Source: Hyphomonadaceae bacterium (lineage in GTDB: Bacteria > Pseudomonadota > Alphaproteobacteria > Caulobacterales > Aquidulcibacteraceae). From it: 64,000 bases of DNA. Position numbers and translations under genes: made by a program. Every line of letters starts with the position of its first letter. The stretch's first letter is position 1. Positions 53,544-64,000 of this stretch are shown piece by piece. The notes beneath the pieces are model-generated. The model did no database searches, was not told the origin of the DNA, and saw only the letters and a list, made by a program, of their open reading frames with translations. The DNA lies in contig JANRIM010000017.1 in the NCBI GenBank assembly GCA_033764865.1, forward strand, positions 14,760 through 78,759, read 5' to 3'.

Positions 53544-55211
53544 ATGGTCCATGCTTCCCGCCGCGCCGTCCTGGGCGCCGCACCGCTCCTTTTGGTCGCC
53601 CCGGCGCAGGCGCAGACGCGCCCCATGGGCCAGTTCACGCATGGCGTCGCTTCCGGCGATCCGACGGCCGGTTCGGTCATCCTGTGGACGCGGTTCGCGC
53701 CCGCCACGCCGGGGTCCGCCACGATCGGGTGGGAAGTGGCGGATGACGCCGCCTTCCGCCGCGTGCGCGCCCGTGGCTCGGCCACGGCCTCCGTGTTCGA
53801 CGACTACTGCGTCAAGGTGGACGCCACAGGCCTCGCGCCCGGACGGCCCTACTACTACCGCTTCCTCGCGGCCGACGGGCCTTCTCCCACCGGGCTGACG
53901 CGCACCGCGCCCTCGGGGGACGCCGCATCGCTGACGCTGGCGCTGTTCTCCTGCTCCAACCTCCCGTTCGGCTACTTCCACGCCTACGCGCAGGCCGCCG
54001 CACGGGAGGATGTCGATCTCTGCGTGCACACCGGGGACTACATCTACGAGTATCCGCGCGGCCAGTACCCGAGCGCTGAGCAGGCCGTGGCCGGACGCGT
54101 GATCGAGCCGGCGACGGAGATCGTTCGCCTGAGCGACTACCACGCGCGCTACGCCTCCTACCGCGCCGATCCCGCGCTGCAGGAGGTGCATCGGACCAAG
54201 CCGTTCGTCACCATCTGGGACGACCACGAGCTCACCAACGACGCCTGGAGGGACGGCGCGCAAAACCACCAGCCCGACACGGAGGGCGACTGGACTGTGC
54301 GGCGCGCCATCGCAGCGAAGGCCTATGCGGACTGGATGCCCATCCGGCGCCAGGATTCCCTGCTGCGCATCTACCGCCGGGTGGATTGGGGCACGCTGGC
54401 GACAATCCTCCTTTTGGACACGCGCCTGATCGGTCGCGACAAACAGCTGGACTGGCGGACCGCGCTCGCGCCGGCCATGGCGGAGGGCGGCGCGGCGCTG
54501 GCGAAGGCCGCGCGGGACTACGGCGAAGGCCCGCTGAAGGACGAAAAGCGCACCCTGCTGGGCGCCGAACAGGAGGCCTGGATGCGGGCGGAGATGCGTC
54601 GCTCCAAAGGGCGCGGCGCAACCTGGCAGGTGCTGGCCCAGCAGCTGGTGACCGGCAAGCAGGCAATGGCGCCGGAGCTGCCGCGCTTCCTGCCGGCCGA
54701 CGCCTCAGCCAATAGCCAGCAGTTCGCCAACGCGGGCGCGATGCTGGGCCAGATGGGCTACGGCTGGAACCTCGATTCCTGGGGCGGCTATCCGGCGGCG
54801 CGAGACCGTTTTCTCCAGAGCTGCGCGATGGACGGGTCCAATGCGCTGGTGCTGTCGGGCGACAGCCACAATGCGTGGGCGTTCAACCTGCCGGGCGGCA
54901 AAGACGGTCGCCCCGCCGCCGTCGAGGTTGCCGGCGCCAGCGTGACGTCCCCCGGCTTCGAGAACACGTTCCGCAACGCTCCCGAAGGCGGCCGCGAAAG
55001 TGCGATGACCGGCGCCAACAAGGAGCTGGCATGGTGCGACCTGAGCCGGCGCGGCTACGCGGTGGCCAGGCTGACGCGCGCCGCCGTCGATGTGGAATGG
55101 ATCGCCTTCGACGACGTGCGTGTGGCGACTGCCCCCACGCCGAAAATCACCCGCTCCCGTGCAGAGGCCACGCGGACGCAGGGTGTGGGGCCTTGGACGT
55201 TCTCGGGCTGA
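53544..55211 (+). CDS. phoD: alkaline phosphatase D family protein
   Basis: Tat signal ASRRAVLGAAPLLLVAPAQA; GVASGDPTAGSVILWTR; metallophosphatase core. Confidence 0.85.
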   Translation: MVHASRRAVLGAAPLLLVAPAQAQTRPMGQFTHGVASGDPTAGSVILWTRFAPATPGSATIGWEVADDAAFRRVRARGSATASVFDDYCVKVDATGLAPGRPYYYRFLAADGPSPTGLTRTAPSGDAASLTLALFSCSNLPFGYFHAYAQAAAREDVDLCVHTGDYIYEYPRGQYPSAEQAVAGRVIEPATEIVRLSDYHARYASYRADPALQEVHRTKPFVTIWDDHELTNDAWRDGAQNHQPDTEGDWTVRRAIAAKAYADWMPIRRQDSLLRIYRRVDWGTLATILLLDTRLIGRDKQLDWRTALAPAMAEGGAALAKAARDYGEGPLKDEKRTLLGAEQEAWMRAEMRRSKGRGATWQVLAQQLVTGKQAMAPELPRFLPADASANSQQFANAGAMLGQMGYGWNLDSWGGYPAARDRFLQSCAMDGSNALVLSGDSHNAWAFNLPGGKDGRPAAVEVAGASVTSPGFENTFRNAPEGGRESAMTGANKELAWCDLSRRGYAVARLTRAAVDVEWIAFDDVRVATAPTPKITRSRAEATRTQGVGPWTFSG

Positions 55212-55235
55212 GGTGGCCGGAGGGCCGAGCGCAGA

Positions 55236-56222
55236 TCACAGCATCGCGGGGATGACGCGATCCGGCGGCTTGTGCCCGTCCGCGAACGTCTTGATGTTGA
55301 TGATGACCTTCTCGCCCATGTCGATGCGGCCCTCCAGCGTGGCCGATCCCATGTGCGGGAGCAGGACAACGTTCTGGAGCTTCTTCAGCTTCGGATTGAT
55401 GGCGGGCTCGTTCTCGAACACGTCGAGGCCGGCGCCGGCCAGTTCGCCCTTGTCCAGCATGCGGGCCAGCGCCGCCTCATCGATGATTTCGCCGCGGGCG
55501 GTATTGACGATGTAGGCGTGCGGCTTGACCAACGCGAGGCGGCGCGCGCTCAGCAGGTGGTAGGTGGCCGGCGTGTGCGGGCAGTTCACGCTGATGATGT
55601 CCATCCGCGAAAGCATCTGGTCGAGGCTTTCCCAATAGGTGGCCTCAAGCTCCTGCTCGATGTGGGCGGCGACCTTGCGGCGGTTGTGATAGTGGATCTG
55701 GAGGCCGAAGGACTTCGCGCGGCGCGCGACGGCCTGACCGATCCGGCCCATCCCCACGATCCCGAGACGCTTGCCCCAGATGCGGCGGCCCAGCATGTGC
55801 GTCGGACTCCAGCCGACGAAGCCGTCCGCCTCGATCAGCTTGACGCCCTCCACGATCCTGCGCGGCGCCGCGAGGATCAGGGCCATCGTCATGTCCGCGG
55901 TGTCCTCGGTGAGGACGCCCGGGGTGTTGGTGACGGTGATGCCGCGCTGGACGGCGGTCTGGACGTCAATGTTGTCCACGCCCGCGCCGAACTGCGCAAT
56001 CAGGCGCAGCTTCTCCCCTGCCCGCGACAGCACGCGCCCGTCGATGCGGTCCGTCACGGTGGGCACAAGCACGTCCGCGCGGCCGACGGCCGCGACCAGG
56101 GCCTCCGCCGACATCGGGGCGTCCGTCTCGTTCAGTTCGGTGTCGAACAGCTCGCGCATCCGGGTCTCGACCGGATCCGGCAGCCTGCGGGTGACGACGA
56201 CCTTGAGCTTCTTTGGCGACAT
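55236..56222 (-). CDS. D-isomer-specific 2-hydroxyacid dehydrogenase (glyoxylate/hydroxypyruvate reductase-like)
   Basis: NAD fold LGIVGMGRIGQAVARR; catalytic region NTARGEIIDE…LPHMGSAT. Confidence 0.88.
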   Translation of the reverse strand: MSPKKLKVVVTRRLPDPVETRMRELFDTELNETDAPMSAEALVAAVGRADVLVPTVTDRIDGRVLSRAGEKLRLIAQFGAGVDNIDVQTAVQRGITVTNTPGVLTEDTADMTMALILAAPRRIVEGVKLIEADGFVGWSPTHMLGRRIWGKRLGIVGMGRIGQAVARRAKSFGLQIHYHNRRKVAAHIEQELEATYWESLDQMLSRMDIISVNCPHTPATYHLLSARRLALVKPHAYIVNTARGEIIDEAALARMLDKGELAGAGLDVFENEPAINPKLKKLQNVVLLPHMGSATLEGRIDMGEKVIINIKTFADGHKPPDRVIPAML

Positions 56223-56374
56223 GACGCCCTTCTAGCAGGGCGGAAGGCGGAACAAAGGCCACCGGTTCAAAAAAGAAAGGGGCGCGCGGTTAAGCCCGTT
56301 TTCACGGTGCCGGGTTCATGACGGCGGGCCCAACGACCGCGCCGCCCAGGTTCCACCCGCTTCAAGGCCCGCCC

Positions 56375-56887
56375 ATGCCGCGTTCCCGCGCCCTGCCGAT
56401 CCTTGTCTCCCTGCTGCTGCTCGGCGGCCCGGCCGCCGCCGCCCCGCGCACCGGGTCTGACAGCCGGTTGCCCGTGCCCCGCTATGAAAGCCTCGCGGCC
56501 GCAGAGGTCTATGGCCGCCGCGGGCCGGGACAGGACCACCGCATCGACTGGGTGTACCGCGCGCGCGGGCTGCCCGTGCGGGTGCTGGAGGAGGCCGGCC
56601 CGTGGCGGAAGGTCAAGGATCCCGCAGGCGACGAGGCCTGGATTCACGCCCGCAACCTCTCCCCCAACCGCACCGTTCTGGTGGCGGGGGGCGCCGGCGG
56701 GCGGCTCGCCGTGAGAACTGCTCCCCGCCCCGAGGCGAGGCTCGTCGCCTATGCGGAGCGCGGCGTCATCGCCGCCCTCAAGGAATGTCTCGGCGGCTGG
56801 CGTCGCATCGAGGTGGGCGACCGCGCTGCGGGTTGGGTGGCGGCGGAGGATGTCTGGGCCGGCGAGGATTGCACGCTGCCGGAATAG
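56375..56887 (+). CDS. exported bacterial SH3-domain protein (DUF1058/COG3807-like)
   Basis: Signal peptide MPRSRALPILVSLLLLGGPAAAAP; LPVPRYESL…EVYGRRGPGQDHRIDWVY…GLPVRVLEE. Confidence 0.7.
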   Translation: MPRSRALPILVSLLLLGGPAAAAPRTGSDSRLPVPRYESLAAAEVYGRRGPGQDHRIDWVYRARGLPVRVLEEAGPWRKVKDPAGDEAWIHARNLSPNRTVLVAGGAGGRLAVRTAPRPEARLVAYAERGVIAALKECLGGWRRIEVGDRAAGWVAAEDVWAGEDCTLPE

Positions 56888-56965
56888 CCACCGGGGACCC
56901 CGATTGCTTGTCGCCATAGGTCGGCCCATGTAAGCCGGGCGCAATCGCCCCGACCCGTAGGCTCC

Positions 56966-57499
56966 ATGTCCGACTATCCGTCCTCCCTCAACCACGGCCA
57001 GCTCCTGGAGAGCGGTCACGGTCGCCTGTTCGGGCCCGGCAACGCCCAGCTTCCCCTGCCCCCGATGCTGATGATCGATCGCATCCTTTCGATCGACGCC
57101 ACGGGCGGGCCGCACGGCAAGGGCCGGCTGGTGGCCGAATTCGACATCAACCCCGACCTCTGGTTCTTCCAGTGCCACTTCGAGGGCGATCCCGTGATGC
57201 CCGGGTGCCTTGGCCTCGACGCCATGTGGCAGCTCGTCGGCTTCTACCTCGGCTGGCTGGGCGCACCCGGCAAAGGCAGGGCGCTCGGCGTCGGTGAGGT
57301 CAAGTTCAACGGACAGGTCACGCCGGGCGCCAGGGTTCTGCGCTACGAGATCGATTTCAAGAAAGTGATCCTCCGCAAACTCGTGCTCGGCCTTGCCGAC
57401 GGGGTGACGCTGGTGGACGGACAGCCCATCTATTCCGCCAAGGACCTGAAGGTGGGATTGTTCTCGCCCGAACAACTGGCGGGCGGCGCCCGGGAGTAG
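56966..57499 (+). CDS. fabA: 3-hydroxydecanoyl-ACP dehydratase/isomerase
   Basis: [12 protein letters not shown]…[27 protein letters not shown]. Confidence 0.93.
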   Translation: MSDYPSSLNHGQLLESGHGRLFGPGNAQLPLPPMLMIDRILSIDATGGPHGKGRLVAEFDINPDLWFFQCHFEGDPVMPGCLGLDAMWQLVGFYLGWLGAPGKGRALGVGEVKFNGQVTPGARVLRYEIDFKKVILRKLVLGLADGVTLVDGQPIYSAKDLKVGLFSPEQLAGGARE

Positions 57500-57569
57500 G
57501 ACCAAACGATCGCGGCGACCATACCGCGGCGACGGCTTGAAGGCCGCTTTAGAAACAGGGGAGTGCGCG

Positions 57570-58781
57570 TTGCGTCGAGTTGTCGTCACGGGAATCGGGA
57601 TCGTCTCGTCGATCGGGGACAACAAGGCCGAGGTTCTGGCCTCGCTGCGCGAGGCGCGCCCCGGCATCGCGGCCGCGCCGGAGTACGGGGAGCTGGGCTT
57701 CCGCTGCCAGGTGCAGGCCAAGCCCGCACTGGACTGGGAGACCGCCGTCGATCGTCGCGCCGCGCGCTTCCTGAGCCAGGGGACCGGCTGGTGCCACGTG
57801 GCCATGGAACAGGCCATCGCCGACAGCGGCCTTGAGGCCGGCGACATCTCGAACGACCGCACGGGAATCATCGTCGGCGAGGGCGGGCCGTCCACGCGCG
57901 CCATCGTGCAGGCCGCGCAGATCACCAAGGAAAAAGGCCCCAAACGCGTGGGCCCGTTCGCGGTGCCGAAGGCGATGTGTTCGGGACCGTCGGCGACGCT
58001 GGCGACGTGGTTCAAGATCCGCGGGATCAACTACTCCATCAGCTCCGCCTGCGCCACGAGCGCGCACTGCATCGGCGCCGGGGCCGAACAGATCCAGTGG
58101 GGCAAGCAGGACGTGGTGTTCGCCGGCGGCTGCGAGGAGCTGGACTGGACGCTGTCGGTCATGTTCGACGCTATGGGCGCCATGTCCTCCAACTTCAACG
58201 AGACGCCCGCGGTCGCCTCCCGCGCCTACGACGAAGCGCGCGACGGCTTCGTCATCGCTGGCGGCGCCGGCATGGTGGTGCTGGAGGAGTACGAGCGCGC
58301 CAAGGCCCGCGGCGCGCGCATTTACGGCGAGCTTCTGGGCTACGGCGCCACCAGCGACGGCCACGACATGGTCGCGCCCTCCGGCGAAGGCGCCGTGCGC
58401 TGCATGAACCTGGCCATGAGCACCATCGGCGGGCGGCCCATCGACTACCTCAACACCCACGGCACCTCCACGCCCGTGGGCGACGAGCGCGAGATGCAGG
58501 CGGTACGCGACGCGTTCGGGGACAAGCCGCCGATGATCTCCTCCACCAAGTCGCTGACGGGCCACAGCCTGGGGGCCGCCGGCGTGCAGGAGGCGATCTA
58601 TTCGCTGCTGATGCTGGCGGAGGATTTCGCCGCCAAGAGCGCCAACATTTTCAACCTCGACCCCCTCTTCGCCGATCTTCCCATTCTCCGTGAACGCTTC
58701 GACGGCGCACTCGAAACGGTGATGAGCAACAGCTTCGGCTTCGGCGGGACGAACGCGACGCTGGTGTTCGGGAAGGTGTGA
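57570..58781 (+). CDS. fabB: beta-ketoacyl-ACP synthase I
   Basis: [15 protein letters not shown], active-site [18 protein letters not shown] and [14 protein letters not shown] prefer the TTG at 57570, which follows AGGGGAG. Confidence 0.93.
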   Translation: MRRVVVTGIGIVSSIGDNKAEVLASLREARPGIAAAPEYGELGFRCQVQAKPALDWETAVDRRAARFLSQGTGWCHVAMEQAIADSGLEAGDISNDRTGIIVGEGGPSTRAIVQAAQITKEKGPKRVGPFAVPKAMCSGPSATLATWFKIRGINYSISSACATSAHCIGAGAEQIQWGKQDVVFAGGCEELDWTLSVMFDAMGAMSSNFNETPAVASRAYDEARDGFVIAGGAGMVVLEEYERAKARGARIYGELLGYGATSDGHDMVAPSGEGAVRCMNLAMSTIGGRPIDYLNTHGTSTPVGDEREMQAVRDAFGDKPPMISSTKSLTGHSLGAAGVQEAIYSLLMLAEDFAAKSANIFNLDPLFADLPILRERFDGALETVMSNSFGFGGTNATLVFGKV

Positions 58782-58888
58782 ACGGCGAGGTTCTGTACAT
58801 CGTTTTCGGCGATGTACGGATGGCCCCCAAAGACTGTACGAGACCGCCATTCCTGCACGGATCGGCGCGAAGGCTGGACAAGCCCGGT

Positions 58889-59079
58889 CTCCCTCCCCTC
58901 GATGGGGAGGGTGGACAGCGCGGCACGCGCGGGACGGGTGGGGTGTTCGCCATAAAGATCGGGCGAAGGGCGCAGACCGGCGCCGACGCCCATCACGGAC
59001 ATCGCCCCACCACCGCACGCGCACCCCATCCGACCCCTCGCTGCGCTTCGGGGCCACCCTCCCCATCGAGGGGAGGGAG
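58889..59079. repeat. nested palindromic, MITE/REP-like intergenic element
   Basis: A 26-nt perfect inverted repeat: ctccctcccctcgatggggagggtgg (58889-58914) against its reverse complement at 59054-59079. Each arm is itself a hairpin (ccctcccc/ggggaggg). Confidence 0.6.
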
Positions 59080-59168
59080 GGCGCACTCCCGCAATCCGGA
59101 ACGGCTCCGCGCGGCGAGCGCGAAGGGCACGGGGGATTTCCCCACGCCCCGCCGCCGCGCCCGCGCCG

Positions 59169-61796
59169 CTAGAACCGCCCGCGCAGGGTGACGCCGAAGG
59201 TGCGGGGGTCTCCCAGCGAGCCGACGACGAGGCCGGAGCCGCCGGAGGCGGTGGCCAGGATCTCGTAGTACTCGGCATCGGCGAGGTTGCGGCCCCAGAC
59301 GTAGAAGTCCCAGCCGCTGTCCGTCCGGAAGCCGATCCGCCCGTTCAGCAGCGAATAGCCTTCGATCTCCATGTAGCGCGACCCCGCCGGATCGGAGGAG
59401 AAATCCGTGCGCCAGTTCACATCGCCGGCGAGGAAATACTCCCCTTCCCGCCCGAGGAACGCGCTGGGCAGGACATACTCCGCGCCGAAGGAGCCCGCCC
59501 ACTCAGACACGCCGGGCAGGCGCTTGCCGGAGACATCGGTGAACGGCGCGGTGATCGTCAGCGGATTGGATGCGCTCGTGGGCAGGGCGGCGTTGTAGGC
59601 GGGATTGGGAATCGGGCGGCCGGTCTCCTCGATGGGCAGCGGCGAGTTGGGGAACCGCACGTACTTCGCATCCGTGTAGGCCACCGCGCCGAACACGGAG
59701 AACGCATCGGTGACGCGCGCCGAGGCATCCACCTCCACGCCGCGCACGCGCACCTGCTCCGCATTGGCCAGATAGCCGCGCAGCGTGCCGATGACGTTGG
59801 CGACCACCACTGTCTGGTAATCGTCGATGTCGGTGTTGAACGCCGCGATGTTGAGGGTGGCGCCGTCGAACGGCTTGGTCTTGAGACCCAGTTCGTAGTG
59901 CGTCACGGACTCCGGCTTGACCACCACCGGCGTGTTCGCCGGCACGCCGGCCACGTTCAGGCCGAAGGACTTGAAGCTGGTGGCGTAGGTTGCGTAGGCG
60001 TTGACGTCCTCCGCGACGTCATAGGCGATGGTGAGCTGGCCGGACGTGTTGGTGTCGTCGGTCTGGGCGGCGTACGTCTGGCGCGACAGGATTGAGTTCT
60101 GCGCGGCGCGGATGGCGCCGGCGCCGAGGTCGGGCCGGCTGGCGGGGTTGAGCCCGCCGGTCACCGGGGAATCGTAATCCGTCGATTTCTCATCGTAGTT
60201 GAAACGGATGCCGGGAATGAGCCGGAGCCGGTCCGTCACGGACCACTCCACCTGGCCGAACAGCGCAGCGCTCGTGGTTTTCGTGGTGACGTTCTGGATC
60301 TGCGTCAGGCCGTCGAGCAGCTCCGGAATGAAGGCCGCCACATTGCCCGTGAGCGTCGTGCCGTCGGCGCCGGTGAACACGTTGGACGCGCGCGGATCGA
60401 TGAGGAAGCGCGCCGCCGCCCGGCCCTGGGACTGGGTGTTCTTCGTCCTGATTTCCTGGTCGAAGTAGTAGGCGCCGACGACGAAGCTCAGGCTGTCGGA
60501 CAACTCGCCCGCATAGCGCAGCTCCTGCGTCCACTGATCCTGGCCGGACCGGTTGTTGGAGGCCGTCGTGATCGGGATGCCGATGAAATCGCGATCGTTG
60601 GCGGGGTACCACTCCCAGTGCCGGTGCGCGGTGATCGAGGTTAGCGTGCCGGGACCGATATCCCAGTTCACCGTGATCGATTGGCCGTTGATGTCCTGGT
60701 AGGACCGGTGCGGCACGTCGGCGTCCGTGATGCGCGCGAAGGCGTCGAATTCCGCGAAGATGCCGTTCGGCCCCACGGGTATGCCGCCCACGCTGGGATT
60801 CGTGATGGTCTGGCGCGCCGTTTCCCGGGTGGGCACGGCATAGTTGAGGCCCGGCGTCGTCGCGTTGATGGAGTCGATGATCCCGAAAAACTGGCGGTTC
60901 GCCGTGCGGAACGTGGGCGCGACGCGGACAGGCACCTGCGCATAACCTTCGGGGCGCTGGCGGGTGTGGTCGACGGCGGCGAGCACTTCCAGATCGCCCG
61001 TGATCTGGAACAGCAGCTGGCCCCGGACGCCCAGATTGTTGGCGTCGTTCAGGTCGTCGCCACGATTGTTGGCCGCGACGCTGGTGAGGAAGCCGTCACG
61101 CTGCGTGCCCGAGAAGGACAACCGCCCCGCGATCCTGTCGCCCCACACCGGGCCGGTGATCGACGCCTTGGTGGAGAGGAAGCCGTAGTTGCCGTACGAG
61201 AGCTCCACCTCGGTCTCGGGAGTGAAGTCCGGCCGGCGGGTAGTGATGTTGATCGCGCCCGCCGTGGTGTTCTTGCCGTACAACGTGCCCTGCGGCCCGC
61301 GCAGCACCTCCACCTGCTCCACGTCGATGAAATCGAGCGCCGCCTGCGCCGGGCGCGACCAGAACACGCCATCCACATACAAGCCCACGCCGACTTCGAC
61401 GCCGTCGTTGGTGAGGCCGAAGGTCGTGCCCAGGCCCCGGATGTTGAGCGCGGTGTTGCGGGGATTGGAGGAGAAAATCTGGATCGAGGGCACAAGCTCC
61501 TCGATCTTGAGGACGCTGCCCACGCCGCTGTCGGCGAGCTGCTGCCCGCTCACGACGGAGACCGGGATCGGCACCGCCTGCAGGTCCTCGCTCTGGCGTC
61601 GGGCCGTGACGATGACGGTGTCGCCGTCACGGGGGCGTTCGGGGGCGGCCTCGTCGGTGGCCGTCTGGGCGACCGCCGTCGCCGAGGCGAAGGGCGCCAC
61701 GGCCACGCTGGCCAACAACGCCGCCCAGCCCAGTCCTCGCCGCCGCCGGGCGCCCGGTCCGGACGCTTCCTTCTTGCCGTTGGTCGAGGGGGTCAT
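59169..61796 (-). CDS. TonB-dependent outer-membrane receptor
   Basis: 875 aa with a signal peptide; plug region DTVIVTARRQSEDLQAVPIPVSVV; C-terminal TFGVTLRGRF. Confidence 0.9.
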   Translation of the reverse strand: MTPSTNGKKEASGPGARRRRGLGWAALLASVAVAPFASATAVAQTATDEAAPERPRDGDTVIVTARRQSEDLQAVPIPVSVVSGQQLADSGVGSVLKIEELVPSIQIFSSNPRNTALNIRGLGTTFGLTNDGVEVGVGLYVDGVFWSRPAQAALDFIDVEQVEVLRGPQGTLYGKNTTAGAINITTRRPDFTPETEVELSYGNYGFLSTKASITGPVWGDRIAGRLSFSGTQRDGFLTSVAANNRGDDLNDANNLGVRGQLLFQITGDLEVLAAVDHTRQRPEGYAQVPVRVAPTFRTANRQFFGIIDSINATTPGLNYAVPTRETARQTITNPSVGGIPVGPNGIFAEFDAFARITDADVPHRSYQDINGQSITVNWDIGPGTLTSITAHRHWEWYPANDRDFIGIPITTASNNRSGQDQWTQELRYAGELSDSLSFVVGAYYFDQEIRTKNTQSQGRAAARFLIDPRASNVFTGADGTTLTGNVAAFIPELLDGLTQIQNVTTKTTSAALFGQVEWSVTDRLRLIPGIRFNYDEKSTDYDSPVTGGLNPASRPDLGAGAIRAAQNSILSRQTYAAQTDDTNTSGQLTIAYDVAEDVNAYATYATSFKSFGLNVAGVPANTPVVVKPESVTHYELGLKTKPFDGATLNIAAFNTDIDDYQTVVVANVIGTLRGYLANAEQVRVRGVEVDASARVTDAFSVFGAVAYTDAKYVRFPNSPLPIEETGRPIPNPAYNAALPTSASNPLTITAPFTDVSGKRLPGVSEWAGSFGAEYVLPSAFLGREGEYFLAGDVNWRTDFSSDPAGSRYMEIEGYSLLNGRIGFRTDSGWDFYVWGRNLADAEYYEILATASGGSGLVVGSLGDPRTFGVTLRGRF

Positions 61797-61931
61797 GGTC
61801 TGCTCCGGGCATCGCGGCGACGACGCCAGGAGGCGGCCGCGTCGGTGGCCAGACCATTTTGCAGTTACCCGATAGAAGCAATGTAGATTGCCTTATGCGA
61901 CGATTAAGGCCGCTTGGCGGGCCGCAGGCGT

Positions 61932-63758
<1,827 letters not shown>

Positions 63759-63904
63759 CGTCTTTCCCCTGCGCGGTCTCCGTCTAGCGGGCGGAGGTAA
63801 ATTCGCGGTGGAGGCGACAGACGATTCCGCGCGTTGGCGGCTGATTGCACTTGAATTTCTGAGAGCCACGCGCGATTGCGACAGTCTCGTGACGGCTGGC
63901 TTCC

Positions 63905-64000
63905 ATGTCGATGACCCCTCCCACGCTGGGCGGCCTCGCCGCCGAAGGCGCCGATCTGCTGATCGTCTGCCAGGCGCCCCACTGCGCGACGCGGACGACC
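63905..64000 (+). CDS. 5' end of an unidentified ORF running off the window
   Basis: The ATG at 63905 opens 32 codons (MSMTPPTLGGLAAEGADLLIVCQAPHCATRTT) with no stop before the window ends. No family recognised. Confidence 0.2.
   Translation, partial: MSMTPPTLGGLAAEGADLLIVCQAPHCATRTT

Noticed and set aside
56267-58030. 587-aa minus-strand ORF.
   Set aside because: It is antisense to the SH3-domain gene, fabA and fabB.
61797-61931. Riboswitch (cobalamin or TPP type) upstream of the TonB-dependent receptor.
   Set aside because: The leader is at most 135 nt, and I could not see the conserved cores. It is too short for a cobalamin element.

Overview
High-GC (about 70% by eye) chromosomal segment with alphaproteobacterial-type gene content. 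It is centred on the replication-initiation block rpsT-dnaA-dnaN-recF-gyrB (28.1-35.6 kb, minus strand). Gene orientation flips at about 35-37 kb, so the replication origin probably lies in or next to this window. The left arm holds a TCA-cycle cluster (sucC, sucD-sucA-sucB, lpdA) that is broken twice: a 4.1 kb insertion separates sucC from sucD, and an antiparallel alternative-oxidase gene sits between sucB and lpdA. The left arm also carries an MFS transporter, CspA, a LytTR membrane protein, a GMC oxidoreductase with a Tat-signal partner, an M28 peptidase and an exported caspase-like (C14) protease with an unrecognised C-terminal module. The right arm holds VIT, a GGDEF-EAL protein, mutM, SRAP, ubiE-ubiB, coaBC, dut, asmA, cysK, moeB, phoD, fabA-fabB, a TonB-dependent receptor and a second sensor kinase. 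The clearest accessory patch is 24.3-28.1 kb, directly 3' of gyrB. It contains an orphan GTA-type large terminase with an extra double-HTH N-terminus, a REP-associated tyrosine transposase flanked by two REPIN-like doublets, and a DUF433/DUF5615 toxin-antitoxin pair bounded by a ~106-nt direct duplication of the gyrB 3' end. I saw no rRNA, tRNA or CRISPR array. Many long ORFs in the track are antisense artefacts of real genes, as is typical of high-GC DNA. I found no single obviously new multi-gene system. The most unusual items are the gyrB-end-bounded TA cassette, the REPtron, the orphan terminase, the orthocaspase and the fragmented suc cluster with AOX.
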